Below the pieces are notes generated by a model, which saw only the letters and a program-made list of their open reading frames with translations, was not told where the DNA came from and made no database searches. Of a DNA stretch of 61,807 nt, positions 42,302-51,734 are shown one piece after another. A program made the position numbers and the translations under genes. The stretch comes from Candidatus Heimdallarchaeota archaeon. GTDB lineage: Archaea > Asgardarchaeota > Heimdallarchaeia > JABLTI01. The DNA is taken from assembly GCA_019058275.1 (NCBI GenBank), contig JAHLVW010000012.1, positions 1 through 61,807 on the forward strand, read 5' to 3'. How positions within the stretch are numbered: the stretch's first letter is position 1; every line of letters begins with the position of its first letter.

Positions 42302-43105
42302 TTGGCAGAATTACCCAATACTCCTACTATAGCAGCAGTTACAATGATGGGAATAGCTGCAGTAGCAGTTTTTGCAGTTGTCATTCTTATGTTTTATAAA
42401 TACTCACAAAGAAAAAGAAATGCAGCTTTGATGATAGCTGTTGCGTTTACTTTCTGGGGTCTTGCTGCTTTGGCAACTTTTACTGGTGCATTATTACATT
42501 TGATTTATGCTCCAGAAGCTGGAGACATACAATTTTCACGATATGGAATAAATCTAGGATATGCATTCTCTGCTATGAGCAATATATTTATTGTTCTTTT
42601 TGTTTCAGAGGTTTTTTCACGATACCCGATTTTTCGTCGAACTAAAAAACTGATTCCTATCTTACATGGTATATTTAATGGTATAACAATTGGTCTTATA
42701 GTAAACGTCTTTATTGAGAGCTCAAATGCTGTGGATATAACTGAACAATTCAATCCCGATTATCCTCTTGCTCAAACGGTTTACCATCTAGCTTTAACTG
42801 TCATAACACTTGTATTGTTGTTAGTATTTAGTGCTCGGTCTAGAAGTCAAGCAACCCTTCTATGGGAGAAAGCAGGATTCAGCTTTATTATGGCTACAGC
42901 AATTACTGGTATGCTCATTTATGTCTCATTTGTAATTGATTTATTAGTTCAAGATATTTGGCCTTCTATTTTTGGCAGTGGTTACACATGGTTCAATAAT
43001 TTGGGTTGGTTATTTGCTATAGTGATGGTTAACCTTGCGTATATAGGATTCTTTATGCCCAATTGGATTCGAAATAAATACAAAAAAATGGAGGAAGCTA
43101 AATAA
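42302..43105 (+). CDS. 7-TM membrane protein (paralog 1)
   Basis: Seven hydrophobic segments with GINLGY.FSA.SN.F, YHL.LT, WE.AGF and AY.G..MP motifs. Confidence 0.85.
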   Translation: MAELPNTPTIAAVTMMGIAAVAVFAVVILMFYKYSQRKRNAALMIAVAFTFWGLAALATFTGALLHLIYAPEAGDIQFSRYGINLGYAFSAMSNIFIVLFVSEVFSRYPIFRRTKKLIPILHGIFNGITIGLIVNVFIESSNAVDITEQFNPDYPLAQTVYHLALTVITLVLLLVFSARSRSQATLLWEKAGFSFIMATAITGMLIYVSFVIDLLVQDIWPSIFGSGYTWFNNLGWLFAIVMVNLAYIGFFMPNWIRNKYKKMEEAK

Positions 43106-43896
43106 TGGTCGAGCAATCAACACTATTACTTAGAGCAACAATAATGGAAGGTATAGTTCTTACAATTGTAACCTTTGTAGTTACTATGCTATACATTCGT
43201 TATTTTAGAAGAAGAAAATCAGCAGCATTGTCATTAGCTGTAGCATTTACATTCTGGGATTTAGCTAATATCAGCTTATTTATTTGTCGTTTATTGGAAT
43301 ATCTTAAGGAAATTGGTGAAATTGTTAGTGAGATAGGATTTTCTGATTTAGGTATTAACTTGGGATATGGATTTTCGGCAATAAGTAACGTTTTCATATT
43401 TTTATTTGTTGCAATCGTCTTTTCACAATCACCCATGTTTAGACGCACTGGAATGCTTATGCCACTTATCTTCGGTGCTCTGAATGGTATTACAGTTGGA
43501 ATGATAATTGGTTCAACAACTAATTCGTGGCCTACTCCTACGTATGATCTTATGCCTACTATATATCACTTGGTCTTAACTTTGATTTCATTTAGTACAT
43601 TGATCGGTTTCACTATTCGACCACTAAAATTTGCATCATTAAAATGGGAACGCGCTGGTTTTCGATTTATTATAGCTTCAGGAGTTTTTGGCATCCTAAT
43701 CTACATTTCCTTTGTTATAGATCTCTTATTAGGGACATCTTTCCTCAATGTTTGGGGACATGGTTACACGATGTTCTTCTTCTTTGCATACGTATTAGCT
43801 ATCTTGATGTGTAGTTCTGCATACCTTGGTTATGTTATGCCTAATTTCGTAAGAAAATGGTATAAAGATGATGTAGAAGAAGAGTCTACTTTCTGA
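43105..43896 (+). CDS. 7-TM membrane protein (paralog 2)
   Basis: Same motifs as the upstream paralog. Stop and start overlap (TAATG) at 43105. Confidence 0.85.
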   Translation: MVEQSTLLLRATIMEGIVLTIVTFVVTMLYIRYFRRRKSAALSLAVAFTFWDLANISLFICRLLEYLKEIGEIVSEIGFSDLGINLGYGFSAISNVFIFLFVAIVFSQSPMFRRTGMLMPLIFGALNGITVGMIIGSTTNSWPTPTYDLMPTIYHLVLTLISFSTLIGFTIRPLKFASLKWERAGFRFIIASGVFGILIYISFVIDLLLGTSFLNVWGHGYTMFFFFAYVLAILMCSSAYLGYVMPNFVRKWYKDDVEEESTF

Positions 43897-43940
43897 GTTC
43901 AACTCAGAAGGTATCAATTCTTTTTCTTTATTTGATTTTA

Positions 43941-44516
43941 CTAAATATCTTCAACTATCGTATTTGGTATGCCCAAAGCTAGTAGTTTCTTTTTAATGTA
44001 TTTTTTATCTTTGCCTGTTTGTTTTTCTTTAGTATAAAACAATCTAGTGAATTCTTTATACTCCCAAGGATAAACTATCCAGGATGATGTTAATTCAATG
44101 TAGAAGTTTGGTTTGAAAATGGAATTAGGTTTGTAATGTAATGCAGCAGTTCTCAATTCACCAATTTCTTTCATTTTCAAATAATTGAAAGCAAATTCCA
44201 TGCTTTTACCTGTATCAGAGACATCATCTATAAGCAAGATTTTCTGTTTTTTCAATTCAACATCTATATTTTGAGTTAGTCTAGGTTCCTTTGAAGTTTC
44301 ATTTATACCTTTGTAAAAACCAACACCTATTACTGCTGTATTTGCAATTTCTAATAAGTCACTCAATAATCGTGTAACTACCAAACCACCTCTTGCAATA
44401 CCAATTAGAATATCTGGTTGGAAGTTGGATTTTTGAATATCTTTTGCTAACTTGAGTGTCATTTGCCAAATAGATTCTAAAGTTAGGACTTGGATGTCAG
44501 ATGTCATGCATTCCAC
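43941..44516 (-). CDS. Purine phosphoribosyltransferase (type I PRTase)
   Basis: IARGG, LLIDDVSDTGKS and WIVYPWE motifs. Confidence 0.92.
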   Translation of the reverse strand: MECMTSDIQVLTLESIWQMTLKLAKDIQKSNFQPDILIGIARGGLVVTRLLSDLLEIANTAVIGVGFYKGINETSKEPRLTQNIDVELKKQKILLIDDVSDTGKSMEFAFNYLKMKEIGELRTAALHYKPNSIFKPNFYIELTSSWIVYPWEYKEFTRLFYTKEKQTGKDKKYIKKKLLALGIPNTIVEDI

Positions 44517-44658
44517 TCTGTTTTATTCAATGAAAGATTAGTTATTTACTTTTCTTCTTTAGATGAGTGAGATTAGATTTTATTGACTATTGATTCTCCT
44601 TGTATTCCAATAATTATTAAAGGTACTTTTATGGTAAACTAATCGAGGATTCTCCTTT

Positions 44659-45261
44659 ATGTATAAAATAAACCACTATTTTGTGTCAACATCACTAGCA
44701 ACTCTTGCTGAACCAATCTCTAAAGACAATGTAAACCTGATGATTACACAATTGACTGTTGAACATGATAATTTACCAGAGAATGATGTACTTCTTATTA
44801 TTGATGCAGAAGCAATTGCTGGTTTATTTCATTTATATGCTTGTATCCATTTTACTTTGAAATCCTTTGAACAAAAAAACAATATTGCTAATAATTTTAA
44901 TGCAGAAATTATGCTTTATTTAGCAGGTAGACGACAGATAAGTAAAGCTATATCTAAGGTAGGAGTTTCTACAACTACTAAGAAAATTGCCATGATTCAT
45001 CTTATCCATTCAACAAAGAAGAATCCAAACAAAAACCCATTTGATTTTCAAAACTTTTTTGATAAAATAAAGATCAAGCTTAATGACTTTAAATCAGATA
45101 TTAGTGAGCTTAAAATAACAAATATTGGCAAAATTATGAGAAATCTTGAAATAAGCAATGATATGCTTGAAACTTTCTCTTCAGGAGAAGAACAATCAAA
45201 AAACAAAATTATTGAGAAATTAGCTATAGAGAAATCTGCACTATTAAATCTAAATAAATAA
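44659..45261 (+). CDS. cgi121: KEOPS complex subunit Cgi121
   Basis: NIANNFNAEIMLYLAGRRQISKAISKVG motif and terminal EKSALL. Confidence 0.85.
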   Translation: MYKINHYFVSTSLATLAEPISKDNVNLMITQLTVEHDNLPENDVLLIIDAEAIAGLFHLYACIHFTLKSFEQKNNIANNFNAEIMLYLAGRRQISKAISKVGVSTTTKKIAMIHLIHSTKKNPNKNPFDFQNFFDKIKIKLNDFKSDISELKITNIGKIMRNLEISNDMLETFSSGEEQSKNKIIEKLAIEKSALLNLNK

Positions 45262-45262
45262 A

Positions 45263-45811
45263 CTATTTTTCATCCAATGAAACTATTAGGTTATCTGAAA
45301 AAACACCTATACCGAACCATTCACCTAATACTTCTACTTGTATAGTCCAATCAGGGTTCTTTAAATCAACTTTTCCTTTTGGTGCTGAAGGATGACTTGC
45401 GATAGCATTGATAATCTCATTTCTTTTTATTCCCGTATGTCTACGATTGATCGCAATTCTCCACTTGGCTGTTTCAGGTATTTTTTTTAGTATCTCTGGG
45501 AGAATTTCTTTCAAACTCTCAAGATTACTATCCATCATTCTATCAAGTGGTATAAATTTTCTGCATGCAATAAATTCAAACTTATTCTCTGAAATAACAT
45601 CTTTTATTTTACTCATTATTTCTTCTAGATCATTTTCAATTGCTATTAGAAACAATCCCTTGATTGGTAATTCAAAAACTTCCAAAGGTGTCTTTTTACA
45701 GAATTTCACTAATATATGCCAGAATTCACTCATTCCATCTCGTTCTTTGACTGTTTCACAACCAACAAGAATGAATTTGGTATTCATTGATATTGCTTCT
45801 TTAATATCCAT
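45263..45811 (-). CDS. THUMP-domain RNA-binding protein
   Basis: KFIPLD, WRIAINRRH and KVDLKNPDWTIQVEVLG motifs. Confidence 0.88.
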   Translation of the reverse strand: MDIKEAISMNTKFILVGCETVKERDGMSEFWHILVKFCKKTPLEVFELPIKGLFLIAIENDLEEIMSKIKDVISENKFEFIACRKFIPLDRMMDSNLESLKEILPEILKKIPETAKWRIAINRRHTGIKRNEIINAIASHPSAPKGKVDLKNPDWTIQVEVLGEWFGIGVFSDNLIVSLDEK

Positions 45812-45929
45812 CTATTCTCTTCCTTGAGTATAATTATAGATATAACTTAATCTTAAAACCTAATGAAAAGTATTTTATTCTAGTTAAATAATTCCTTCCT
45901 TTAATAATTAAATAAAGGTAGACTACACT

Positions 45930-47141
45930 ATGTCTCAAGAAGGAAATAACAAACCGGAAAAAAAGGAGTCTAGTAAGAGAGCAACTATAAAAGATATTAT
46001 AGAAATAATTATTTTTCTTGGTATAGCAATTTTACTTGTCTTCAGTATGAATTGGATCTTGCAAGCTGCTTTACATACAGATTCACCTTTAGTTGTTGTT
46101 ATAAGTGAATCTATGGAACCTACTTATTGGGGTTCTAATAGAGCAAACTTTGGTGGAGAAAATGACATTCGCAAGGATATGTTAGTTGTTCGAGGTGTTG
46201 ATCCTTCTGAGATAAAAATTGGTGATGTTATAGTATTTTATAGGGTTTTAGTAACTAATTCGTCTGCTCTAGATTATGTTAATGAACCAATTGTACATAG
46301 AGTAAATAGAATCTATTTCAATAGTACTTCAGGTGAATATTGGTTTACTACTAAAGGAGATAATCCACAAAGAAATAATGTATTTATTGATTATGATATA
46401 GCACCAGATGTTGATGAATTGCGAATAAATGAATTCAGATTAATAGGCAAAATTGTTGGAAGGGTCCCATACTTAGGTGGTATAATTAGCTATTTCAAAA
46501 GTACAACAGGACGTTATGTTTTGATTGCTATAGTTGCAGTTATTTTAATTGCGACATTCTTTTTTGGTTCATCAGATGATAAGGACGGAGATGTCTTTAA
46601 TGAAGAAAAGAAAGATACGGAGGAAATAGAAGAAAAGAAGAAATCTGGTTTCTTTGAAAACTTGAAGATATTCTATAGAAGAACCATGAAATACAAACAT
46701 ATTGTTTTTCCATCGGTAATTCTAGTTATCATTGTCTTTATTCCAATAATTGACACCTTTGCTGCAAATTGGGGTTCTCCTTATGGAGTTACAGATGCAT
46801 CTTTTGATGGTGCTGAAACAATAAATCTAAGAGATGGTTCTTTCATTTTTGCATATGCTGACGTTACTATTAATTGCCCTGGTCATTGGCATCAACAATT
46901 CAGATCCTTTACACTTCAAATCATTAACCAAACTACTGGTGTAGTTCTAGGTGAAAGCAATTGGACAATTGTTTACAACTTTGAAGGAGAAAAGTCATTT
47001 AGTAACGGAGCATGGTTAGATCCTGCTGAGGTTACTCTTGGGATGCCATATAACCTTACAATCACAGCTTATTTACGAAGTAAATTTGGACGAGAATCAA
47101 CGAACGTCTTTACAACGAATTTTGTATTAGAGTTGAGATAG
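45930..47141 (+). CDS. sec11: Signal peptidase I (Sec11/S26B type) with extra C-terminal TM + beta-rich domain
   Basis: VVVISESMEP, GDVIVF, PIVHRV, TKGDN and VPYLG motifs, plus a ~190-aa C-terminal extension. Confidence 0.88.
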   Translation: MSQEGNNKPEKKESSKRATIKDIIEIIIFLGIAILLVFSMNWILQAALHTDSPLVVVISESMEPTYWGSNRANFGGENDIRKDMLVVRGVDPSEIKIGDVIVFYRVLVTNSSALDYVNEPIVHRVNRIYFNSTSGEYWFTTKGDNPQRNNVFIDYDIAPDVDELRINEFRLIGKIVGRVPYLGGIISYFKSTTGRYVLIAIVAVILIATFFFGSSDDKDGDVFNEEKKDTEEIEEKKKSGFFENLKIFYRRTMKYKHIVFPSVILVIIVFIPIIDTFAANWGSPYGVTDASFDGAETINLRDGSFIFAYADVTINCPGHWHQQFRSFTLQIINQTTGVVLGESNWTIVYNFEGEKSFSNGAWLDPAEVTLGMPYNLTITAYLRSKFGRESTNVFTTNFVLELR

Positions 47142-47161
47142 TAGATGTTGAGAGCAAAAAG

Positions 47162-47968
47162 ATGAATGAAATTTACAAAAAATTGGAAGAATTAAAAAAA
47201 CTACTTGAAGAATACTCTCAAGTAGTTATCGCTTTTTCTGGTGGGGTGGATAGTACATTCTTAACAAAAATAGCATTTGACACATTAACCGAGAAAGCGA
47301 CTGCCATAACTATAGCTTCTCCACAACTTCCTAAGCACGAATTGGATGAAGCTAAGGAAATTGCTAACGAGATTGGCATTAAGCATTTCATAATTGACGG
47401 GTCAAATGCAGATATATCTTGGTTTCAGGACAATCCACCAGATAGATGTTATATCTGTAAAAAGGGTACAATTGCAACTATACGGAAATTCTGTGAAGGA
47501 AATCAAATTGAAGGTGAATTGCTAGAAGGATCCAATTTTGATGATTTAGATGATTATAGACCAGGTTTCAAAGCTGTTCAGGAAGAGAAAGTTAGAAGTC
47601 CATTAATAGAAGCAAAGTTAACTAAAGATGAGATTAGATTCCTCCTAAAAGAGCTAAAGTTCTCTTGTTGGGACAAACCAGCTTCTCCTTGTTTGGCTAC
47701 ACGTTTTTTCTTTGGAGAAAAAATAACAGAAGAGAAATTAATGCATGTTTATAATGCTGAGAATTTTCTGAAAAGCTATGGCATTATTCAGGTTAGAGTG
47801 AGAGTTCATGGACAGATTGCTAGAATTGAAACTACTCAAGATTATTTTGATATAATTATGAAAAACTCTCAAGATATCTCTGTCAAATTAAAAGAGATAG
47901 GATATCAGTTTGTAACTTTAGATTTAGCAGGTTATAAAAAAGGTTCAATGAATAAACCACGTAGTTAA
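47162..47968 (+). CDS. larE: ATP-dependent sulfur transferase LarE (nickel-pincer cofactor biosynthesis)
   Basis: AFSGGVDS PP-loop, NPPDRCYICK, DYRPG, KPASPCLATR and RVRVH motifs. Confidence 0.92.
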   Translation: MNEIYKKLEELKKLLEEYSQVVIAFSGGVDSTFLTKIAFDTLTEKATAITIASPQLPKHELDEAKEIANEIGIKHFIIDGSNADISWFQDNPPDRCYICKKGTIATIRKFCEGNQIEGELLEGSNFDDLDDYRPGFKAVQEEKVRSPLIEAKLTKDEIRFLLKELKFSCWDKPASPCLATRFFFGEKITEEKLMHVYNAENFLKSYGIIQVRVRVHGQIARIETTQDYFDIIMKNSQDISVKLKEIGYQFVTLDLAGYKKGSMNKPRS

Positions 47969-48014
47969 ATAAACTAGTAAAATTATGTAATTAATTGTTT
48001 AATGAGGAATTATT

Positions 48015-48773
48015 ATGGATGAAAAACATCTCGAAGGGCTTCTTAAAGATTTCAAAAATGGAAAAAGAACTATGGAAGATATATTGAAATATCTCAAGGA
48101 ACTTCCATTCCAAGACTTAGGATATGCTAAAGTCGATCATCATCGAGCAATTAGAAAAGGATTTCCTGAAGTTATATATTGTCCTGGAAAAACTATAGAG
48201 CAAATTAAGGGGATTTTTCAATCATTAATTGAAAGGAATGAAAATATCTTACTTACTCGAGCAACAGAAGAAATATACAAACAATTAAAGAAAATTGATA
48301 AATCTGCAGAATTCAATCCTCAAGCTAGGATTATATTTGTAGAAAGAATGAAAAGAGAGAGAAAAGGTTCATTAGTGATTGTTTGTGGTGGAACTTCTGA
48401 TATTCCAGTAGCTGAAGAAGCTGCTTTAACTGCAGAATTAATGGGAGCTAATGTTACACGATTATATGATGTCGGTGTTGCTGGAATTCATCGATTATTA
48501 CATTATAAGGATAAACTTTTCACAGCAAATGTTATTGTTGCTATTGCAGGTATGGAAGGAGCTTTAGCTTCAGTTGTTGCTGGTTTGACTTCATGTCCAG
48601 TAATCGCGGTACCTACATCTGTTGGTTATGGAGTTAATTTAAAAGGAATTTCAGCATTATTAACAATGCTCAATAGCTGCTCGCCAAATGTTGCTGTTGT
48701 TAACATAGACAATGGTTTTGGTGGTGGTTTAATGGGTGCACTAATCAATAAACATAGAGAAGAGAAGGTATAA
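48015..48773 (+). CDS. larB: Nickel-pincer cofactor carboxylase/hydrolase LarB
   Basis: DHHR..RKGFPEVI, GTSDIPVAEEA, DVGVAGIHR, AGMEGAL, VPTSVGYG and VVNIDNGFG motifs. Confidence 0.95.
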   Translation: MDEKHLEGLLKDFKNGKRTMEDILKYLKELPFQDLGYAKVDHHRAIRKGFPEVIYCPGKTIEQIKGIFQSLIERNENILLTRATEEIYKQLKKIDKSAEFNPQARIIFVERMKRERKGSLVIVCGGTSDIPVAEEAALTAELMGANVTRLYDVGVAGIHRLLHYKDKLFTANVIVAIAGMEGALASVVAGLTSCPVIAVPTSVGYGVNLKGISALLTMLNSCSPNVAVVNIDNGFGGGLMGALINKHREEKV

Positions 48774-48875
48774 AGAAGAAAATTATAGTCGTAGTTTCAT
48801 TTGAAATTGTTTATATTATATAATAACTAGAATCATAATAGAAATAACTAACATTTAGAAGGTGTAAAAAACAGA

Positions 48876-49109
48876 ATGATTGTCAGGGTCGTATCAGCTA
48901 TAGGCGGTGGAGTTATAGATTGTGAGGTTAAACCAAACTCAACAATTGCTGAATTAAAAAGAGAAATTTCTCGCCAAAAAAGAATCCCAGCAAGTGCTGT
49001 AATAGTAGTTTTTCGTGGTAGACAGTTAGACGACAATGAAACGTTTGAAGAAGTTGGTATTACCGATTATGAAAAGGTTTATCTCATTGCGCGTACTGAA
49101 GGTGGATAA
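48876..49109 (+). CDS. Eukaryote-type ubiquitin-like protein with free C-terminal GG
   Basis: EVKPNSTIAELK..I...IP....VFRGRQLDDNETF...I....VYLIARTEGG-stop aligns almost without gaps to ubiquitin (EVEPSDTIENVK..I..IP..IFAGKQLEDGRTL..I..LHLVLRLRGG). Confidence 0.9.
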   Translation: MIVRVVSAIGGGVIDCEVKPNSTIAELKREISRQKRIPASAVIVVFRGRQLDDNETFEEVGITDYEKVYLIARTEGG

Positions 49110-49264
49110 TTACAACCAAAATACCCTTTATTTTCATTTTAGATTGTTTCTTATCTTTTAACTAATTTTACCTTCTTTGAATGTTTATTAAATCATTCAA
49201 ATTATAGCCATAAAACAAACCTTTAATTATTTCAGACATTTTCTTTAGCTATAGGTGGAACCCT

Positions 49265-50383
49265 TTGCTGTTTAAAAAACTCTTAAGATTGTGGAGAAGA
49301 AGAAAGGCGATTTCCCCAATTTTAACTTCTATAATTGTTATAATAACAACAATTACTATTTCAGCAATAATCTATTTTGTAGTAATTCCACTTCTTACTA
49401 GGGAAGATCTCATTATTATTGATTACACCCTTGAAGATACTAATGATTCAAACTTTGCTGATACTATAACAATTGTTATCAAAAATGATGGTTCTACGAA
49501 TTACAATATCAGTAAAATTCTCATTGATAAAGATGATATGACAGCTAATTGGACACTTGGCTCTTCAGTTTATTTGATTGCTCAAAATGATAAAACTACA
49601 ATAACTTGCTCTGCTGATACATCAGCTGATGAGCTTGCTTATAGTCAGAATGTTAAATTTAAGCTAGTTTATGAGAATAAAGTACTAAATTTTTATTTTA
49701 AAATTCCTGCTGAGTTCAGCACATTTGAAATAATAGCTGGTGAAGATTTTGAAAATTTCACTTATACTAATTGGACCTATAATTTACTATACATACATAA
49801 TATTTATGGAAACCATAACATTTCAGATTGGATTGTTGACAACAGAACAGGAAATGACTTCTGGCATTGCACAAACAATGATTGTCAGTATGTTATCAAG
49901 AATGATACTTCATGGTTATTTAGCAACAGCAATATTTCTTGTGATTTAAGTACCAATGGAAATGATGCTATGGGTATTATTTTCAGGTATAATGATACAG
50001 GTTTATATCCCAACTTCTATATTGCTTGGTATACTCTGGATCATCCAAGTGCTAGAAATGGACCGCATGTTGATGAAGTAGGTATTTTTGATTGGGATAA
50101 TCCATCAGATCAGATTATTCTTGGTGAAATTACTGTCCATTATGTTGAGGGGGACGCTGATGGATTTAATTGGTTCCGTATTGCTTCTGTTAGATGGGAG
50201 AGAGAAACCAATGAATGGTACACTTGGAGAATCAATGCTGATGATAATCAATTTGATTTGTTCATCGATAATGGTGATACTCCTGAGCTTTCATTCTTTG
50301 ATAGCAGAATTGATGCAGGTTATATTGGTTTGATTAGTTTTGCTAATGAAAATACCCAATATGATAATCTGTATCTCTGGTAA
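49265..50383 (+). CDS. Archaeal type IV pilin-like protein with C-terminal ConA/thrombospondin-C-like domain
   Basis: Class III signal peptide RRRKA/ISPIL followed by a hydrophobic helix. The C-terminal beta-domain has NDAMGIIFRY..NFYIAWY..GYIGLISF. Confidence 0.8.
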   Translation: MLFKKLLRLWRRRKAISPILTSIIVIITTITISAIIYFVVIPLLTREDLIIIDYTLEDTNDSNFADTITIVIKNDGSTNYNISKILIDKDDMTANWTLGSSVYLIAQNDKTTITCSADTSADELAYSQNVKFKLVYENKVLNFYFKIPAEFSTFEIIAGEDFENFTYTNWTYNLLYIHNIYGNHNISDWIVDNRTGNDFWHCTNNDCQYVIKNDTSWLFSNSNISCDLSTNGNDAMGIIFRYNDTGLYPNFYIAWYTLDHPSARNGPHVDEVGIFDWDNPSDQIILGEITVHYVEGDADGFNWFRIASVRWERETNEWYTWRINADDNQFDLFIDNGDTPELSFFDSRIDAGYIGLISFANENTQYDNLYLW

Positions 50384-50485
50384 GGTTTCAAAAACTTTAT
50401 CATTTTTGATGCTTATATTATGCTTTTATGCCGTAAAAAAATCTTTTAATTACCTCTTAGAGGGTTTATTAATACACACCAAAAG

Positions 50486-51634
50486 ATGGTATTGAACATG
50501 TTTATTAAACTGAAAACTCTTTGGAGAAGAAGAAGAGCTGTTTCTCCAGTTATTGCTACTATTTTGATTATAGCTCTTACTGTCACTGCTGCAGCAATAG
50601 TTTATTTTGTAGTTGTTCCATTGCTACGTGGTGACGGCGAAATAGTCGTCATGGGATATATCCTTGAAAATACTGATGCTACACCTTTCGCAGATACCCT
50701 TACAGTTAGTATGAATAACATTGGAACTGCAGCTGTAGATGTTTCTGCTGTATCTGTTACAAAAGATGGTGCAGCAATTACTTGGAATTTGGCAGAGGAA
50801 TCATATAATATAGGAACAGGAACTAGCCTTGATGTTGTATGTTCAGCTAATGAAGCAACACAAGAATTAGGATACGGGGAAAATGTTGTATTTACATTTA
50901 CACTTGGAGAAGGAGATACTGTTGTTGTTGAAATAAAAGTTTCAGCTAAATTTAGTCACTTTGTTACAATATATGAAAATGATTTTGAGACTGCAACAGA
51001 TTTTTCTGAATGGACACACACAACATTGTTTATTCATGGTGGTGGCACTCATACAATTGCTGATTGGCGAATTCTTGCAACAGGTGGCAATCACTTCGCT
51101 GAATGCACCAATAATGACTGCCAATTCATCACTTTAGAAGATCCAAACCATGATTTCTATGATGTTAACATTACTTATGATCTTAGAACTAGCGATAATG
51201 ATGGAAATGGCATAATCTTTCGATATGACAATTCAGGAGCATATCCAAATTTCTATTGTGTCTGGTATACCCGCGATCATCCTAGTGCTACAAATGGACC
51301 ACATAGTGGTGAAGAAGATATATTTGATTGGAATACTCCATCTGATCAAATTATTGATGGTGAAATTACAATCCATTATGTTGAAGGCGATGCAAATGGG
51401 TACAATTGGTACAAACTTGATAGAGCTGCTTGGACTAGATCTAATAATGTCTGGTATTCTTGGAGAATAGTTGCAGATGGTACGAATGGTGCATTATACA
51501 TTGACAATTCAGATACTGCTACTTTGACATGGACTGATTCTAATCTTTCACATGGATACATAGGATTTATTAGTTTCGCTAATGACAATTCTGATTTTGA
51601 TAATATTTATGTTTGGCAAACAATCACTCCATAA
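50486..51634 (+). CDS. Archaeal type IV pilin-like protein with C-terminal ConA/thrombospondin-C-like domain (paralog)
   Basis: RRRRA/VSPVIATIL signal. Shares CTNNDCQ, DHPSA.NGPH, TIHYVEGDA.G and ISFAN with the upstream gene. Confidence 0.82.
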   Translation: MVLNMFIKLKTLWRRRRAVSPVIATILIIALTVTAAAIVYFVVVPLLRGDGEIVVMGYILENTDATPFADTLTVSMNNIGTAAVDVSAVSVTKDGAAITWNLAEESYNIGTGTSLDVVCSANEATQELGYGENVVFTFTLGEGDTVVVEIKVSAKFSHFVTIYENDFETATDFSEWTHTTLFIHGGGTHTIADWRILATGGNHFAECTNNDCQFITLEDPNHDFYDVNITYDLRTSDNDGNGIIFRYDNSGAYPNFYCVWYTRDHPSATNGPHSGEEDIFDWNTPSDQIIDGEITIHYVEGDANGYNWYKLDRAAWTRSNNVWYSWRIVADGTNGALYIDNSDTATLTWTDSNLSHGYIGFISFANDNSDFDNIYVWQTITP

Positions 51635-51647
51635 TTTTATTGCCAAA

Positions 51648-51680
51648 CTTTTTTTCTTATTTTTTTTACATTTTCTTTTC
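51648..51680 (+). terminator. Oligo-T archaeal terminator after the pilin-like pair
   Basis: Several T7-T8 runs directly follow the stop codon. Confidence 0.45.
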
Positions 51681-51734
51681 TCCCAAAGATTTTTGAGATA
51701 ATATGCTTGATTGAGTATAGAGGAGTAAAATAAG

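Noticed and set aside
42302-43896. 7TM pair as microbial rhodopsins, heliorhodopsins or schizorhodopsins
   Set aside because: There is no retinal-binding Lys in TM7 and no RY.DW/E-type TM3 motif.
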